Shown: piece by piece, positions 41,846-54,696 of the stretch
Numbering within the stretch: the first letter of the stretch is position 1
Layout: each line of letters opens with the position of its first letter
From: Macrostomum lignano
Taxonomy: Eukaryota
Length of the DNA: 64,000 bases
Direction: 5' to 3'
NCBI GenBank assembly: GCA_002269645.1
Contig: NIVC01000019.1
Span: forward strand, 682,001 to 746,000
Notes under the pieces: generated by a model
The model's database searches: none
What the model was told of the DNA's origin: nothing
What the model saw: the letters and a program-made list of their open reading frames with translations, nothing else
Translations under genes and position numbers: made by a program

Positions 41846-42096
41846 TGGCCTGAATTTCCAAATCCCTGTCCAGTTATAATCGTTTTAGAAGTCCCTGAAA
41901 ACGCTGCCTTAGATTTCTCATTGGCCGAAGTTCCTCGAAGGCTTCGAGATTGCGGATTGCCTGGCTGAACTCATTGGCTGCTCAGCTGAGACCGGATCAT
42001 TTAGAGAGAGAGAGAGGCGGTATTTCCTGGCCCATCCGTTCTCAACACAGATTTGTTGTTTATTGTGGGCTCAGCTAAAGCCAAATCCTGCTGGCT

Positions 42097-42603
42097 ATGG
42101 AATCGAACCTGCCCATCCTTGTGCAGTGGCTTCTCGGCTGCCTGTCGCTGCTGGGCCTGACTGGCAACTCTCTGGTGGCGGCCACCTTGCTCCGGCATCG
42201 CTACCCCCGGTCCAAGTTCGCGTCCAGCCTCATGTTGCATCAGACTCTGCTGGACCTGGCAGTCTCCGGCTTCACCCTGGCTCTGCTGCTGAAGCCGGAG
42301 CAGAACCCCACCGTGAGCAGGGCTCTGGGCTTCCTGCTCTGCCACGTTATCGACAGCCAGTTCTTCTTCTGGTGCACCGTGTTCTCCAGCGTGCAGAACC
42401 TGCTGCTGATCGCGGCGGACAGGTACTGGGCGGTGTGCCGGCCTGTGGAGTACAAACTGCTCGGGGCCAGGCAGGCGGCAATCTGCATCGCCCTGCTGCA
42501 CGGCTACTCGCTGCTGGTGAACGCCGTGGACGTTTTCTCAGTCACGTACACACCGGCGACGAACAACTGCACTGGCGAGATCTCCGTGAAGACCGTGTTC
42601 AAG
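42097..42603 (+). CDS. Class A (rhodopsin-like) GPCR, peptide-receptor-like, exon 1 (TM1-TM4)
   Basis: GN in TM1, LLD in TM2, DRY motif (AADRYWAVC); AAG|GTGAGA donor, phase 0. Confidence 0.88.
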
Positions 42604-42629
42604 GTGAGAGCTTGGCGACTAACAGTCGG

Positions 42630-42873
42630 GTTAACAGGCTCTAATTAGGCACAGAGTGTGGCATGCTGCTGTACCTCCTGAGGCAACTGAAGTACAATGG
42701 CGCCACACACCCCTCAATTGCCACGCTAATGCTGGCACCCAATTCACAGCTGGGTGAACTGAAGCAATGCAGAGTTAAGTGCCTTACTCAAGGACACAAC
42801 TTGTTCCAGTGGAATTGGGAATCGAACCCCATGCAGACCTTTAAGTCGTAAGACTGACGGTCTAATCAACCCC
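42630..42873 (-). mobile_element. CORE-type SINE, copy 2 (5'-truncated, diverged) in GPCR intron
   Basis: Shares CAGCTGGGTGAACTGAAGCAATGCAGAG..AAGTGCCTT.CTCAAGGACAC with copies 1 and 3; B box GGTTCGATTCC on minus. Confidence 0.75.
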
Positions 42874-42884
42874 TTTAGAGATGC

Positions 42885-43870
42885 GGTGCCAAAATGAGTG
42901 CCTGAATGCGGCGCGCCAAAATGAGTGCTTGCGGTACCAAAATAAGTGCATGTGGCGCCAAAATAGTGCATGTGGCGCCAAAATAAGTGCATTTGGTGCC
43001 AAAATGAGTGCCTGTGGCGCCAAAATAAGTACCTGCGGCGCCAAAATAAGTACCTGCGGCGCCAAAATAGGTGTCTGCGGCGCTAAAATAAGTACCTGCG
43101 GTGCCAAAATGAGTGCCTTCGGCGCCAAAATTAGTGCCTGCGGCGCCAAAATGAGTGCCTGCGGCGCCAAAATGAGTGTCTGTGGCGCCAAAATGAGTGC
43201 ATGTAGCGTTAAAATGAGTGCTTGCGGTACCAAAATAAGTGCATGTGGCGCCAATAAAGTGCATGTGGCGCCAAAATGGGTGTCTCCGGCGCCAAAATGA
43301 GTGCCTGCGGCGCCAAAATAAGTACCTGCGGTGCCAAAATGAGTGCCTGCGGCGCCAAAATGAGTGCCTGCGGCGCCAAAATAAGTACCTGCGGTGCCAA
43401 AATGAGTGCCTTCGGCGCCAAAATGAGTGCCTGCGGATCCAAAATGAGTGCCTGCGGATCCAAAATGAGTGCCTGCGGCGCCAAAATGAGTGCCTGCGGC
43501 GCCAAAATGAGTGTCTGTGGCGCCAAAATGAGTGCATGTAGCGTTAAAATGAGTGCTTGCGGTACCAAAATAAGTGCATGTGGCGCCAAAAAAGTGCATG
43601 TGGCGCCAAAATGGGTGTCTCCGGCGCCAAAATGAGTGCCTGCGGCGCCAAAATAAGTACCTGCGGTGCCAAAATGAGTGCCTTCGGCGCCAAAATAAGT
43701 ACCTGCGGTGCCAAAATGAGTGCCTTCGGCGCCAAAATGAGTGCCTGCGGCGCCAAAATGAGTGCCTGCGGCGCCAAAATGAGTGCCTGCGGCGCCAAAA
43801 TGAGTGCCTGCGGCGCCAAAATGAGTGCCTGCGGCGCCAAAATGAGTGCCTGCGGCGCTAAAATGAGTGC
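42885..43870. repeat. 21-bp GGCGCCAAAATGAGTGCCTGC minisatellite (GPCR intron)
   Basis: Direct inspection. Confidence 0.95.
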
Positions 43871-44584
43871 CTGCGACTGGATGGTGAACAGGAGCTCCAA
43901 ATTCGCCCGCACGGTCGGCCTAAAAGTTTCAGAGAACCAGTTGACCAACCAGTTTAGATTGAATTGTGAAAACTGTGCTCTCTCTGATCCAATCATGCCA
44001 AAAATGGAAACCTTAAAGCCTAGATGTCGCGCAACTTTTTAATAAAAGCAAAAAACCTTCTGGTATCCTTCTGAATGCACATTAGCGCACTTTAATTGTA
44101 TCGCATATTTTACTGAGTAAGTATCGAACTCTGAGCCTTACTAAATAGCAAACGTTGATGATTTCCGGCCTGAGGCTGTACCTGTACCTTAGTTTGTACT
44201 TAATTAGTTCCGCTAATCCATAACACGCAGGTGTCGGGTGTTAGTAACGGAGAGGCTGGGAAACCTCCCAGAGCTGTAATTGTGACTGGAAAGGAAATTA
44301 GCTTACTTAAAGCATCACAAAAGTTGCTCGAAGTCATATTTTGAATGCAAACAGGTCTAAATATTGAAGATCAAGAGACAATTCTCAAGTAATGACACCT
44401 GTAGCTCATGCCTTCATTATCTTAGGACATTTTGTTGTGAGCTGCGCCCCACAATGCCCTTGCCCCGACCCCGCGCTATCCGACTCACTGCCACTGGTTC
44501 CTTCTAGTCTGCCCCCTCCGTCTTAAGCTGCCGTTCTTCATTTTATTTTTCTCGTTTTCATTTTCATTGGCTGGCGTCTTTTCG

Positions 44585-44850
44585 TCTTTCTCTCTCGTTT
44601 GGGCCAGTACAATCGACCAATCATGTCTTTCGCCGCGGAGGCACCTGATTGGCTAGCCTTCCGCCTTCTTTCTCTCTCGTTTGGTCCAGTACAATCATGT
44701 CTCTTGCCGCGGAGGCACCTGATTGGCTAGCCTTCCGCCTTCTTTCTCTCTCGTTTGGGCCAGTACAATCATGTCTCTTGCCGCGGAGGCACCTGATTGG
44801 CTAGCCTTCCTCCTTCTTTCTCTCTCGTTTGGGCCAGTACAATCATGTCT
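44585..44850. repeat. ~74-bp tandem repeat, about 4 copies
   Basis: GGCCAGTACAATCATGTCTC...GGCACCTGATTGGCTAGCCTTCC repeated. Confidence 0.88.
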
Positions 44851-45262
44851 CTCGCAAGCTCTGGGCAGTAGTCCCTTACCTGGAACCCCGAACACCCCAT
44901 CCGTCTGTGGTCCGCTCGGATAGAAGCGGAAAATACAACAATTGAAAACCCAGACGCTAAAAATGCTCATCGTAAAAGTGCGCATGTCTGAGGTGAAAAG
45001 TGCAAAAATCTTAAAAAAAAATTTTTGTAGTTCTATCTTGCACCCAATGCTCCTCCATACATCACCTTCTGCACTTCGAAAGTACAAATGAAGCAAGTAC
45101 ATGTTTCGTTGGAGGTTCAGTCACACGTTTATCGAGCGAAAAAGCTGGAATGATTTGTGTTTTCTAGACAAATTTCACAAAGATTCAAGTTTTAAGAGTA
45201 AAATGGCTTCCATAGAATTGATTGGAGCTCATGGCTACCCCTACCCGCGCCGCCATGCACAG

Positions 45263-45862
45263 GTGTACGGCTTTCTCTGGCTGGCCCTGGTCTACCTGGC
45301 ACCTGCGGTGGTGCTGGCCTGCCTCTACTCGCGCATCATCTGCCAGCTCAGCCGCCGGGTCAGCAGCTCCGGCACCAGAACCGTCACCAACGCCAGCGGC
45401 CGGCCGCGCCTCATCCAGCGGGCCGCCTCCGAGCTCACGAAGTCGGCCGCGGTGATCGCCTGCATCTTCGTGGCCAGCTTGAGCTACGACTGCCTGCACT
45501 ACCTGCTGGGCCACCTGGGCGTGGTGCGCTACGAGTACAACTCGACCCTGCAGCTCATCGGAGTCTGCCTGGTCACCGTGAACTCCTGCGCCAACCCCAT
45601 CGTCTACTGCGCCGTGATGCGCAGCTTTCGAGCCCGGCTGGTTGACTCGCTGCGCTGGCACCGCTGTCTCTGCCGCGAAGCTAACGACGGCGACGACCCA
45701 GGCGACGGCGAGAATGTCAACGGCGAGGATGACGACGGCGAGGAATTTGTCGAGACGGAGGAGGCCGCCGGGCCAGCGGCGAGGAGCAGCTGCAGTGGGA
45801 GAGACTGTCAATCACGTCTGCTGCAGGGTGCCACGGCGGTGGCCATGGTTGAGATTGACTGA
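45263..45862 (+). CDS. Class A GPCR exon 2 (TM5-TM7 and acidic C-tail)
   Basis: GCACAG acceptor; VYLAPAVVLACLYSRII (TM5), NSCANPIVY (NPxxY); TGA stop. Confidence 0.88.
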   Translation: MYGFLWLALVYLAPAVVLACLYSRIICQLSRRVSSSGTRTVTNASGRPRLIQRAASELTKSAAVIACIFVASLSYDCLHYLLGHLGVVRYEYNSTLQLIGVCLVTVNSCANPIVYCAVMRSFRARLVDSLRWHRCLCREANDGDDPGDGENVNGEDDDGEEFVETEEAAGPAARSSCSGRDCQSRLLQGATAVAMVEID

Positions 45863-46987
45863 CGGGTCTGAGCAACTGCTAGCCAGCCCGTTCTCAAGCA
45901 GAATTTTGAAGTCAAGATTGCTGACGCGAACGCACTTGCCAGCTTTTCCACTTCGGGAACATTTCGAATTTGCAGTGGCATCGCAAATTAAATCTGTTTT
46001 TAGAGCATGCATAAACTTCAGCCCGATAAAATTGTAACCAGCTGACCAGCTAAAACTGATCTGACTGCAAGACTGCAGAAGGATGACCTCGCCCTGTGAA
46101 GAGTGTCCAGCGTTTGCTGGATTAAAATTTGAAAAATCAGCAAAATTTATTCATATTTTTATTCGAAGTGTTTTGTCAATATTTTGAATTGATTTAAAAT
46201 AATTGAGTACAAAATTCGTTGAGTTCACCATTATTCAAACAGAGCTGTGAACTGATCAGCCAATGGGAAAGAGCTGCCGCGGGAACCAATCACGTGACCT
46301 GTGCCTCACAATGTACATGATAACAGTCCTGCCTGTACAGCGGCCCTCACTTTAGGCCATTGACCATTGCTTAGACCATTGGGCTACGGTCCCCCTTTTC
46401 AGTTCTTAGCGCTAAACTCACAGCTTATCACTTTGCTGGACTGACCCGACTTACTTAATTAGTTGTCCATGACTGGGGATTATACCGACATGTACATGTT
46501 TGGTATATGACATTTTTAATCTCTGGATTAGAGACATCAGCTGACGGCTGCATTGATTCTCTCTGACAATTTTTCTCTCCCGCCTACCGCCTGATCAAAA
46601 TTCCCTTCAGCTGAAGCATTCGTACCTTTTTATCTTCATCATCATCATCATCATTCATCCGCAGCCTGCGCGCGTGGCAAAGCAAACCAATGCGAGGCAT
46701 CAAGGCTGCTGGGAAGGCGGCGGTCTTATCCGGATTAAGCATTGATTCATCTCCTGCTCCTCCGCCCCGGGACCCTCCTCGCCTTTGCCTGCCATGGCCT
46801 CGTTAAGCCAGACTATGGAGGCATAATTGAGCATTCGAGCTTCGGGATTAGAAAGCTCGAGTCCTCGAATGGATCGAACAGAAATTGGCATTGTACGCGC
46901 TGCACTTGTTTTGACATTTATTGGATGATTTTTGGCCGTGTCTTCATTTTCTCGTGTAGCCTATCCGTAACCGTAGCTAAATAATTA

Positions 46988-47992
46988 TCCATATCCATAT
47001 CCATATCCATATCCATATCTATATCCATAACCATATCTATATCCATAACCATAACCATATCCATATCCATATCCATATCCATATCCATATTCATATCCAT
47101 ATCCATATCCATATCCATATCCATATCCATATCCATATCTATATCCATAACCATATCTATATCCATATCCATATCCATATCCATATCTATATCCATATCC
47201 ATAACCATATCCATATCCATATCCATATCCATATCCATATCTATTTCCATAACCATATCTATATCCATAACCATAACCATATCCATATCCATATCCATAT
47301 CCATATCCATATCTATATCCATAACCATATTTATATCCATATCCATATCCATATCCATATCCATATCTATATCCATAACCATATCCATATCCATATCCAT
47401 AACCATATCTATATCCATATCTATATCCATACCCCTATCTATATCCATATCCATATCTATATCCATAACCATATCTATATCCATAACCATATCCATATCC
47501 ATATCCATATCCATATCCATATCTATTTCCATAACCATATCTATATCCATAACCATATCCATATCCATGTCCATATCCATATCCATATCTATATCCATAA
47601 CCATATTTATATCCATATCCATATCCATATCCATATCCATATCTATATCCATAACCATATCCATATCCATATCCATATCCATAACCATATCTATATCCAT
47701 ATCTATATCCATACCCCTATCTATATCCATATCCATATCTATATCCATAACCATATCCATATCCATATCCATATCCATAACCATATCCATACCCATATCC
47801 ATACCCATATCCATATCCATATCCATATCCATACCCATATCCATATCAATATCCATATCTATATCCATATCCATATCCATATCCATACCCATATCCATAC
47901 CCATATCCATATCCAAATCCATATCCATATCCATATCCATACCCATATCCATATCCATATCCATATCCATAACCATATCTATATCCATATCT
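46988..47992. repeat. (ATATCC)n hexamer microsatellite
   Basis: Direct inspection. Confidence 0.97.
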
Positions 47993-48547
47993 CTATTAAG
48001 CGAGTCAAAGCACAGTTGCACTCTGTAAACTGATTTCTTAAGAAAGATCATCTTCAAATTTCTCTATAAAAACCTAAAAAGATGCTGTGAGCTTTTGTGC
48101 TAAAAAAACTGTATTGCGTTGCACTTTAGCAGTTTAAACTGTTTCTGTGAACTTGAGCAGGTCTTGCCTCATGCCTGACAGATTTTAAAATTGCTTGAAT
48201 TTATATTGGTCGTAAGATAAATCAATTTTTTTTGCTAAACACCCACATAGTCACGATGAATGTCCGATAAATTGAAAAAAAAGAAATTTCTTGCTGTCAG
48301 ATGTCTCTGTTGCGAGTGTCCATCAAATCCGCGTCATGAAGCAGCATCTGTCTGCTAATTTCTGGTCGATATAATTTATGGCATCTATGTCTTGGTTTGT
48401 ACGAATTTGGAGAATAAAAATGTCTAAGATAAAGCAAAGTACAAGCTGCTCATTCTAAATTGCTGTTGTGTACTGCTTCTGGGGGGATTCTGCTGCTAAG
48501 GTCTAAAGCTGATTGATGGGGGTTCGATTCCTCCCAGCCCGACACTT

Positions 48548-49208
48548 ACCCCCCCCCCCAACCTGAGACTTGCCTCCCCCAAACCCGAGACTTGCCCCCA
48601 AACCCGAGACTTGCCCCCAAACCCGAGACTTGCCCCCAAACCCGAGACTTGCCCCCAAACCCGAGACTTGCCCCCAAACCCGAGACTTGCCCCCAAACCC
48701 GAGACTTGCCCCCAAACCCGAGACTTGCCCCCAAACCCGAGACTTGCCTCCAAACCCGAGACTTGCCCCCAAACCCGAGACTTGCCCCCAAACCCGAGAC
48801 TTGCACCCAAACCCGAGACTTGCCCCCAAACCCGAGACTTGCCTCCAAACCCGAGACTTGCCCCCAAACCCGAGACTTGCCCCCAAACCCGAGACTTGCC
48901 CCCAAACCCGAGACTTGCCCCCAAACCCGAGACTTGCCCCCAAACCCGAGACTTGCCTCCAAACCCGAGACTTGCCCCCAAACCCGAGACTTGCCCCCAA
49001 ACCCGAGACTTGCCCCCAAACCCGAGACTTGCCCCAAACCCGAGACTTGCCCCCAAACCCGAGACTTGCCCCCAAACCCGAGACTTGCTCCCAAACCCGA
49101 GACTTGCCCCCAAACCCGAGACTTGCCCCCAAACCCGAGACTTGCCCCCCCCCCCAACCCGAGACTTGCCCCTAACCCGAGACTTGCCTCCCCCTCAACC
49201 CGAGACTT
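48548..49208. repeat. 20-bp AAACCCGAGACTTGCCCCCA minisatellite (same family as 41025-41845)
   Basis: Direct inspection. Confidence 0.95.
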
Positions 49209-50441
49209 GTACAAAAGATTTATTGAACCTCATGAATGCTGTCTTGCTCACTGTAAAGTAGCCCAGCTCATCATGTCACAAGACATTATTTGCACTTTTT
49301 CCTACGGTTCGGCTGGATGCGACTCGAGAATTGAAGTGAGCCATCGAAATGATTGAGCCAAAATGGCTTTTATCCAAACTCTTATAAATAGACAGCTTGC
49401 CAATATTTTTTGAGCATTGAGCATAAGCATTGTATTAACTGGACTAAATATGGAGCAGCACATTGTTTCCAAGAAGCAACAGACAATAGCTGGCCCGCAT
49501 AGCATGGTTTGAAATAAATTCACCTGACAAGGATAGTTTGATTAGTCATAAATGGAGGTCACACTCCATCAGAGATAAGATTCGCACAGCTACGAGCTAC
49601 GGTTCCAAGCCAGTCTTTACCAATACAAGAACGATGATTTATACTACTTAGTAAGTAGCTTAACATCTTCTACATCTACAAAGGCAACAGCTGATTCAAG
49701 TTGACTTTGCATCTGTTAAAAGTACATTCATTGCTTTTAGGTTCCGTTGAGCTCATTAACCTGAGAGCTACTTCATGTGGCTGTTAGTGGCACAAAGCGC
49801 AATCGAGATGCTGCAGTTTGAAGTTGGAATATAAAGACACACAGGCCTATTCGGGATATGCCGAAGTCCGAGACAGCTGGACTCATTTCTGCCTGACTTT
49901 TGTCAGCAAGTTAAAGACATGCAGTGGTGGTATTCAGCCGTGCATCAGGCCTCAGTTGCTTCGGACCAGTTAGCCTTCAATAACATACGAGTATTCCGTC
50001 ACGAAAAATAATAACAACTGATATAGACTTATGAATCAATCACGAAAATACGGATCCTGGATATAATGTCATGCTGGCCAGCACTATCTCTGGGTGCTCA
50101 GGTGCTTGCACTCTTGGCTAGTAACTGTAAAAAGGTGAAGTAATGAAAATTTCGCCAGCAGCAGTTAAACAGAGCCAGACATCATTACTTGTACAGACTC
50201 ATCATAAATCACCTAATTATGCTCAAAGCCTGACACCCAGTGGCCAGGGTTATTTCCTTTTCTGTCGATGCAAAATATGATTGAATGCCGTAACGCGACC
50301 GGAGCCATTGCTACGAATAAGAGTTTGATGTCAGAGGTTGCAGACTTCATACATGTAGTCAACGACAGCGTATAGCTCAAAGGTAGATGCTTTCAGTTCC
50401 AGTTCCGACTAGAGAAAAATACTGCGTGTACATACAGCTGA

Positions 50442-51736
50442 TGTACACCCTGAGTGAGCACATTGACAATCGAAGTAAAACGATGCTGCTCACGACTTTC
50501 TTAGAAATAAGCCGGAGGCCTGTCAGAAACGCATATTAGTATTAGTCTATCGCCAGTGCCTTTGGCATGCTCTCTGGAACTCGGACTATTCTTGACCGAA
50601 TTTGTCTATGGCATAGAGCATATAGGCAACAGAGAGCATAGAGCATAGACAACAGAGAGCATAGAGCATATAGGCAACAGAGAGCATAGAGCTTATAGGC
50701 AACGAGAGCATAGAGCATAGACAACATAGAGCATAGAGCATAGGCAACAGAGAGCATAGAGCATAGACAACATAGAGCATAGAGCATAGACAACAGAGAG
50801 CATAGAGCATAGACAACATAGAGCATAGAGCATAGACAACAGAGAGCATAGAGCATAGACAACAGAGAGCATAGAGCATAGACAACAGAGAGCATAGAGC
50901 ATAGACAACAGAGAGCATAGAGCATAGACAACAGAGAGCATAGAGCATAGACAACAGAGAGCATAGAGCATAGACAACAGAGAGCATAGAGCATAGACAA
51001 CATAGAGCATAGAGCATAGGCAACAGAGAGCATAGAGCATAGACAACAGAGAGCATAGAGCATAGACAACAGAGAGCATAGAGCATAGACAACAGAGAGC
51101 ATAGAGCATAGACAACATAGAGCATAGAGCATAGACAACAGAGAGCATAGAGCATAGACAACAGAGAGCATAGAGCATAGACAACAGAGAGCATAGAGCA
51201 TAGACAACAGAGAGCATAGAGCATAGACAACAGAGAGCATAGAGCATAGACAACAGAGAGCATAGAGCATAGACAACAGAGAGCATAGAGCATAGACAAC
51301 AGAGAGCATAGAGCATAGACAACAGAGAGCATAGAGCATAGACAACAGAGAGCATAGAGCATAGACAACAGAGAGCATAGAGCATAGACAACAGAGAGCA
51401 TAGAGCATAGACAACAGAGAGCATAGAGCATAGACAACAGAGAGCATAGAGCATAGACAACAGAGAGCATAGAGCATAGAGCAGTTGCAGGCAGATTTAA
51501 CAAATAAATCAGACATTTTTCTGACCCTCTCGCACTGATTATGCGTCATCAGTAGTGTGTTACGAGTAGTGCAATAATAATTGCATAAGGGCTGCGGGCG
51601 CCCTGACTTTCGGCGACATCGCCCCACAACTACTGGGGAGGCAGTTCTGCCCATACCGCTGACTCCTCAGCTGACATCAAGAGCCTCAATACAGTACGCG
51701 GGCACGCACTCAGCACACGCTCACTCAGGGTGTACA
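50442..51736. mobile_element. Non-autonomous TIR element (TGT...ACA, 4-bp TSD; Ginger-like) carrying a 23-bp minisatellite
   Basis: Perfect 18-bp TIR TGTACACCCTGAGTGAGC; TSD CTGA on both sides. Confidence 0.7.
50600..51480. repeat. 23-bp AGAGCATAGAGCATAGACAACAG minisatellite
   Basis: Direct inspection. Confidence 0.96.
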
Positions 51737-52071
51737 CTGACCCTTTGACTTTCTAATCGTCAGGCGCGTACACTCTCTCTGTGCCTCTCGGGGGTGGCCC
51801 TCAAGCCGAGCACAAGGGTGGGAACTGCAAGCCAAGGCACCATAACTAGAAGAAGGAATTCCAAAACAAATTCTGAATTAAATGGTCAATGGAAGCAACG
51901 CTCCCGCTTCACTGATTCTATCGGCTTAATGCCCTCAGCAGGTCGCGACGCCGTGAACTGCAAGCATTTTTATACACGCTCGAAGCATTCTTTTCCAGAC
52001 ATTCCATCATACTGCCCCAGGGATATTACTGCACTGTATCATTTTGCATCTAATGCACAGAGCCACAGATA

Positions 52072-52360
52072 TTGGTTTTGTCAGCCTAACTGAGAATAAA
52101 GCCATCCAATGTGAGAATCCTGCCTACGCTGAATACGAAGGGCCTAGCTGCGTCCAACCTAGTCTATGAGCCATAGACCATAAAGGACAAGTAAAGTTTT
52201 AAAAGACCAATCGATTCTCACATTGGATGGCTTTTTATCACTTTGCTTGTCCTTTATTGTCTATGGCCCATAGACTAAGGCTGCACACAGCCAGGCCCTT
52301 CGCAGTCAGCGTAGGCAGGACTTTGGATGGCTTTATTCTCAGTTAGGCTGACAAAACCAA
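52072..52360. mobile_element. Foldback MITE flanked by TA (Tc1/mariner-type signature)
   Basis: About 39-bp perfect TIR TTGGTTTTGTCAGCCTAACTGAGAATAAAGCCATCCAA; imperfect pairing along about 120-bp arms. Confidence 0.8.
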
Positions 52361-53259
52361 TACTATATAACTGTGATCTGATGCAGTAAAAGTAGCTGCT
52401 GTTACTACTACTACTACTACTATTACTACTACTATACTGCTGCTACTACTACTACTACTACTATTACTACTACTGCTGCTGCTACTACTACTGCTACTAC
52501 TACTACCACCACTACTACTACTACTACTACTACCACCACTACTACTACTACACCACTACACTACTACTACTACTACTATGATGCAGTACAACTACAAAAT
52601 AATAATTCAATTCGAGTAGGTCAGCACGCATCTATCCGGCATCTGAATCTCTTCCTTTATTTGCGGTCCGGCCACCGCTCATAAGCGCCATATATAGCAG
52701 TGCTCCAATCCCCGGGGATGGGGCATGAGAAGCGTAAGACAGCATCACTGCATGCCTCCCCACTGACGGGTGGGCAGCTCTTCTCAAATACTGAAACACA
52801 TGAAATGCCTGCCCAGATGTTTTACTTTTTAGTCCGACAGGGCATGCAGCGTCTCAGCTCCCAGTGTCATACATATTTTAGCAGACGGAGATCACATTGG
52901 CTTGGGTTTGGGGACGGCGCTGGAGGCATTATAGTTCAACCAAAGGTGCAGGCCTGGGACCCACAGCCGGGAATAGCAAAGATCGGGCAAATGAAATTGA
53001 GACCTCTATGATTTTATAGCTGAATAACTCATATATTTTCAGTAAAATGTAAAATCAGTATATGATGTCATTCTGAGCACTACGCGTGAGCAGAGTTCAT
53101 TACTCCAGTTTCTAGTTCCGACTCTCTTTGGCTGAGCTGAGCAGGTCGGGGGGTGGGGTTGGCTGCAGATGAAGATACATATAGAGCTGCTGTAGGCATG
53201 CAATCTGGAGTCGGCCGCACACCCCACAAGGCGCCGCTGGAGAATCGATAACCCGCGCG

Positions 53260-53360
53260 ATGGCGATGCTGCTGAGCAAACAGGAGACTGGCGTGGTTAG
53301 CGAAGGCTGGCATGCCGCAATGGCCAACAAGGAGGAGCTCGGAGAGAAGATCTTTATTAA
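53260..53360 (+). CDS. Globin exon 1 (A-B helices)
   Basis: MAMLLSKQETGVVSEGW...LGEKIFIK; A12 Trp; phase-2 GTGAGT donor at the canonical B12.2 position. Confidence 0.85.
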
Positions 53361-54197
53361 GTGAGTCTAACGCTGTATCTCACTGCATCTCAGTCGACTT
53401 TGAGTAGATTGAGTAGGTTTTAAGTAGATTGAGTAGGTTTTAAGTAGATTCTGAGTATTTTAGTAGATAGTTGGTTACGAGTAGATTAAGTAGGTTTTGA
53501 GTAGTTGAAGTAGGTTTGGGTATATAGAGAACGTTTTTGGTACGAGTAGATAGATTAGGTTTTGAGTAGGTGAAGTAGATTTTGATTACATGGAGTAGGT
53601 TTTGGGTAGGTGGGGTAGCATTCGAGTAGATAGAGTAGGTTTTGGGTAGATGGAGTAGGTATTAAGTGTCAGTGGAGTAGGTTTTGGGTAGATGAAGTAT
53701 GTTTTGAGTACAATTGGAGTAGGCTTTTAGCAGATGGAGTCACTTAGCAGATTTTCTATAGATCCTAAGATAGCTTCCCAGAGGTTTACTGAGAAGTCAA
53801 GAAGCAGACCCAATTACTGAGAAGTCATCAGTAGTTCTGTAGCTGATAGAGCAGTTATCTACCGAAAACGAATCTCAAAAAAATTAACAAACAAACAATT
53901 AAACAAATTTTCCGGGTTGAGACTCATGATCAATTCAAATTCAAAACTGCCCCAGCGATAGTCCATTTTTTAAACTAATGATTCCAGGTTGATAGACTTT
54001 TACCATCTGCATACCATCTAAAAGTTCAAATCATTTATCATCGAACTTCGGGAACTTCGCAACCTTTGGGACTTTCTATCAAGACCTTCGGAATCTTTTC
54101 GACCTTCGACATGCACATGCATGGAGAGGCAGTTCGGGGAACATCCATTTTGTACTCCGTGACCCCGCCCATGCAGCCTATCCACTCCCCTTACTCG

Positions 54198-54509
54198 ATA
54201 ATAATAAGTGATTACACCTGCCCCAATTGGGCCAGATGTGCAACCAACCACTCAGCCGCAGCTATTGCGCGGCGTATCGGACGGTTGCGACTACGGCTGT
54301 TCAGTCCAAGGACTGGGGGGGGGGGGGGTCACCACACATCCTCAATTACCCCAGCTAATGCTGGCACCCATTTTACAGCTGGGTGAACTGAAGCAATGCA
54401 GAGTTCAGTGTCTTACTCAAGGACACAAATTGTTCCTAGTGGGATCGTGAATCGAACCCCCGACCTTTCAATCGTGATTCCGACGCTCTAACCATTAGGC
54501 TACCACCCC
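54198..54509 (-). mobile_element. CORE-type SINE, copy 3, in globin intron 1
   Basis: Minus GGGGTGGTAGCCTAATGG...GGTTCGATTCAC head, same central domain, TTATTATTA tail. Confidence 0.8.
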
Positions 54510-54696
54510 AAGAACAAAAGCCTCAGTATGTCCAGCACCTACGGGACCTTCAGGACTTTCGAGACCTTCTGGATCTTCAGCACCTTAGGGACCCTCAAAG
54601 CGATGACTAATTTACTCGTAATCAGAGCTAAACGATTACAATTTATTCCTAATTTGACACTGTCGCCGGCGCTGTCTCCAAACCCGATCCTCCCAG

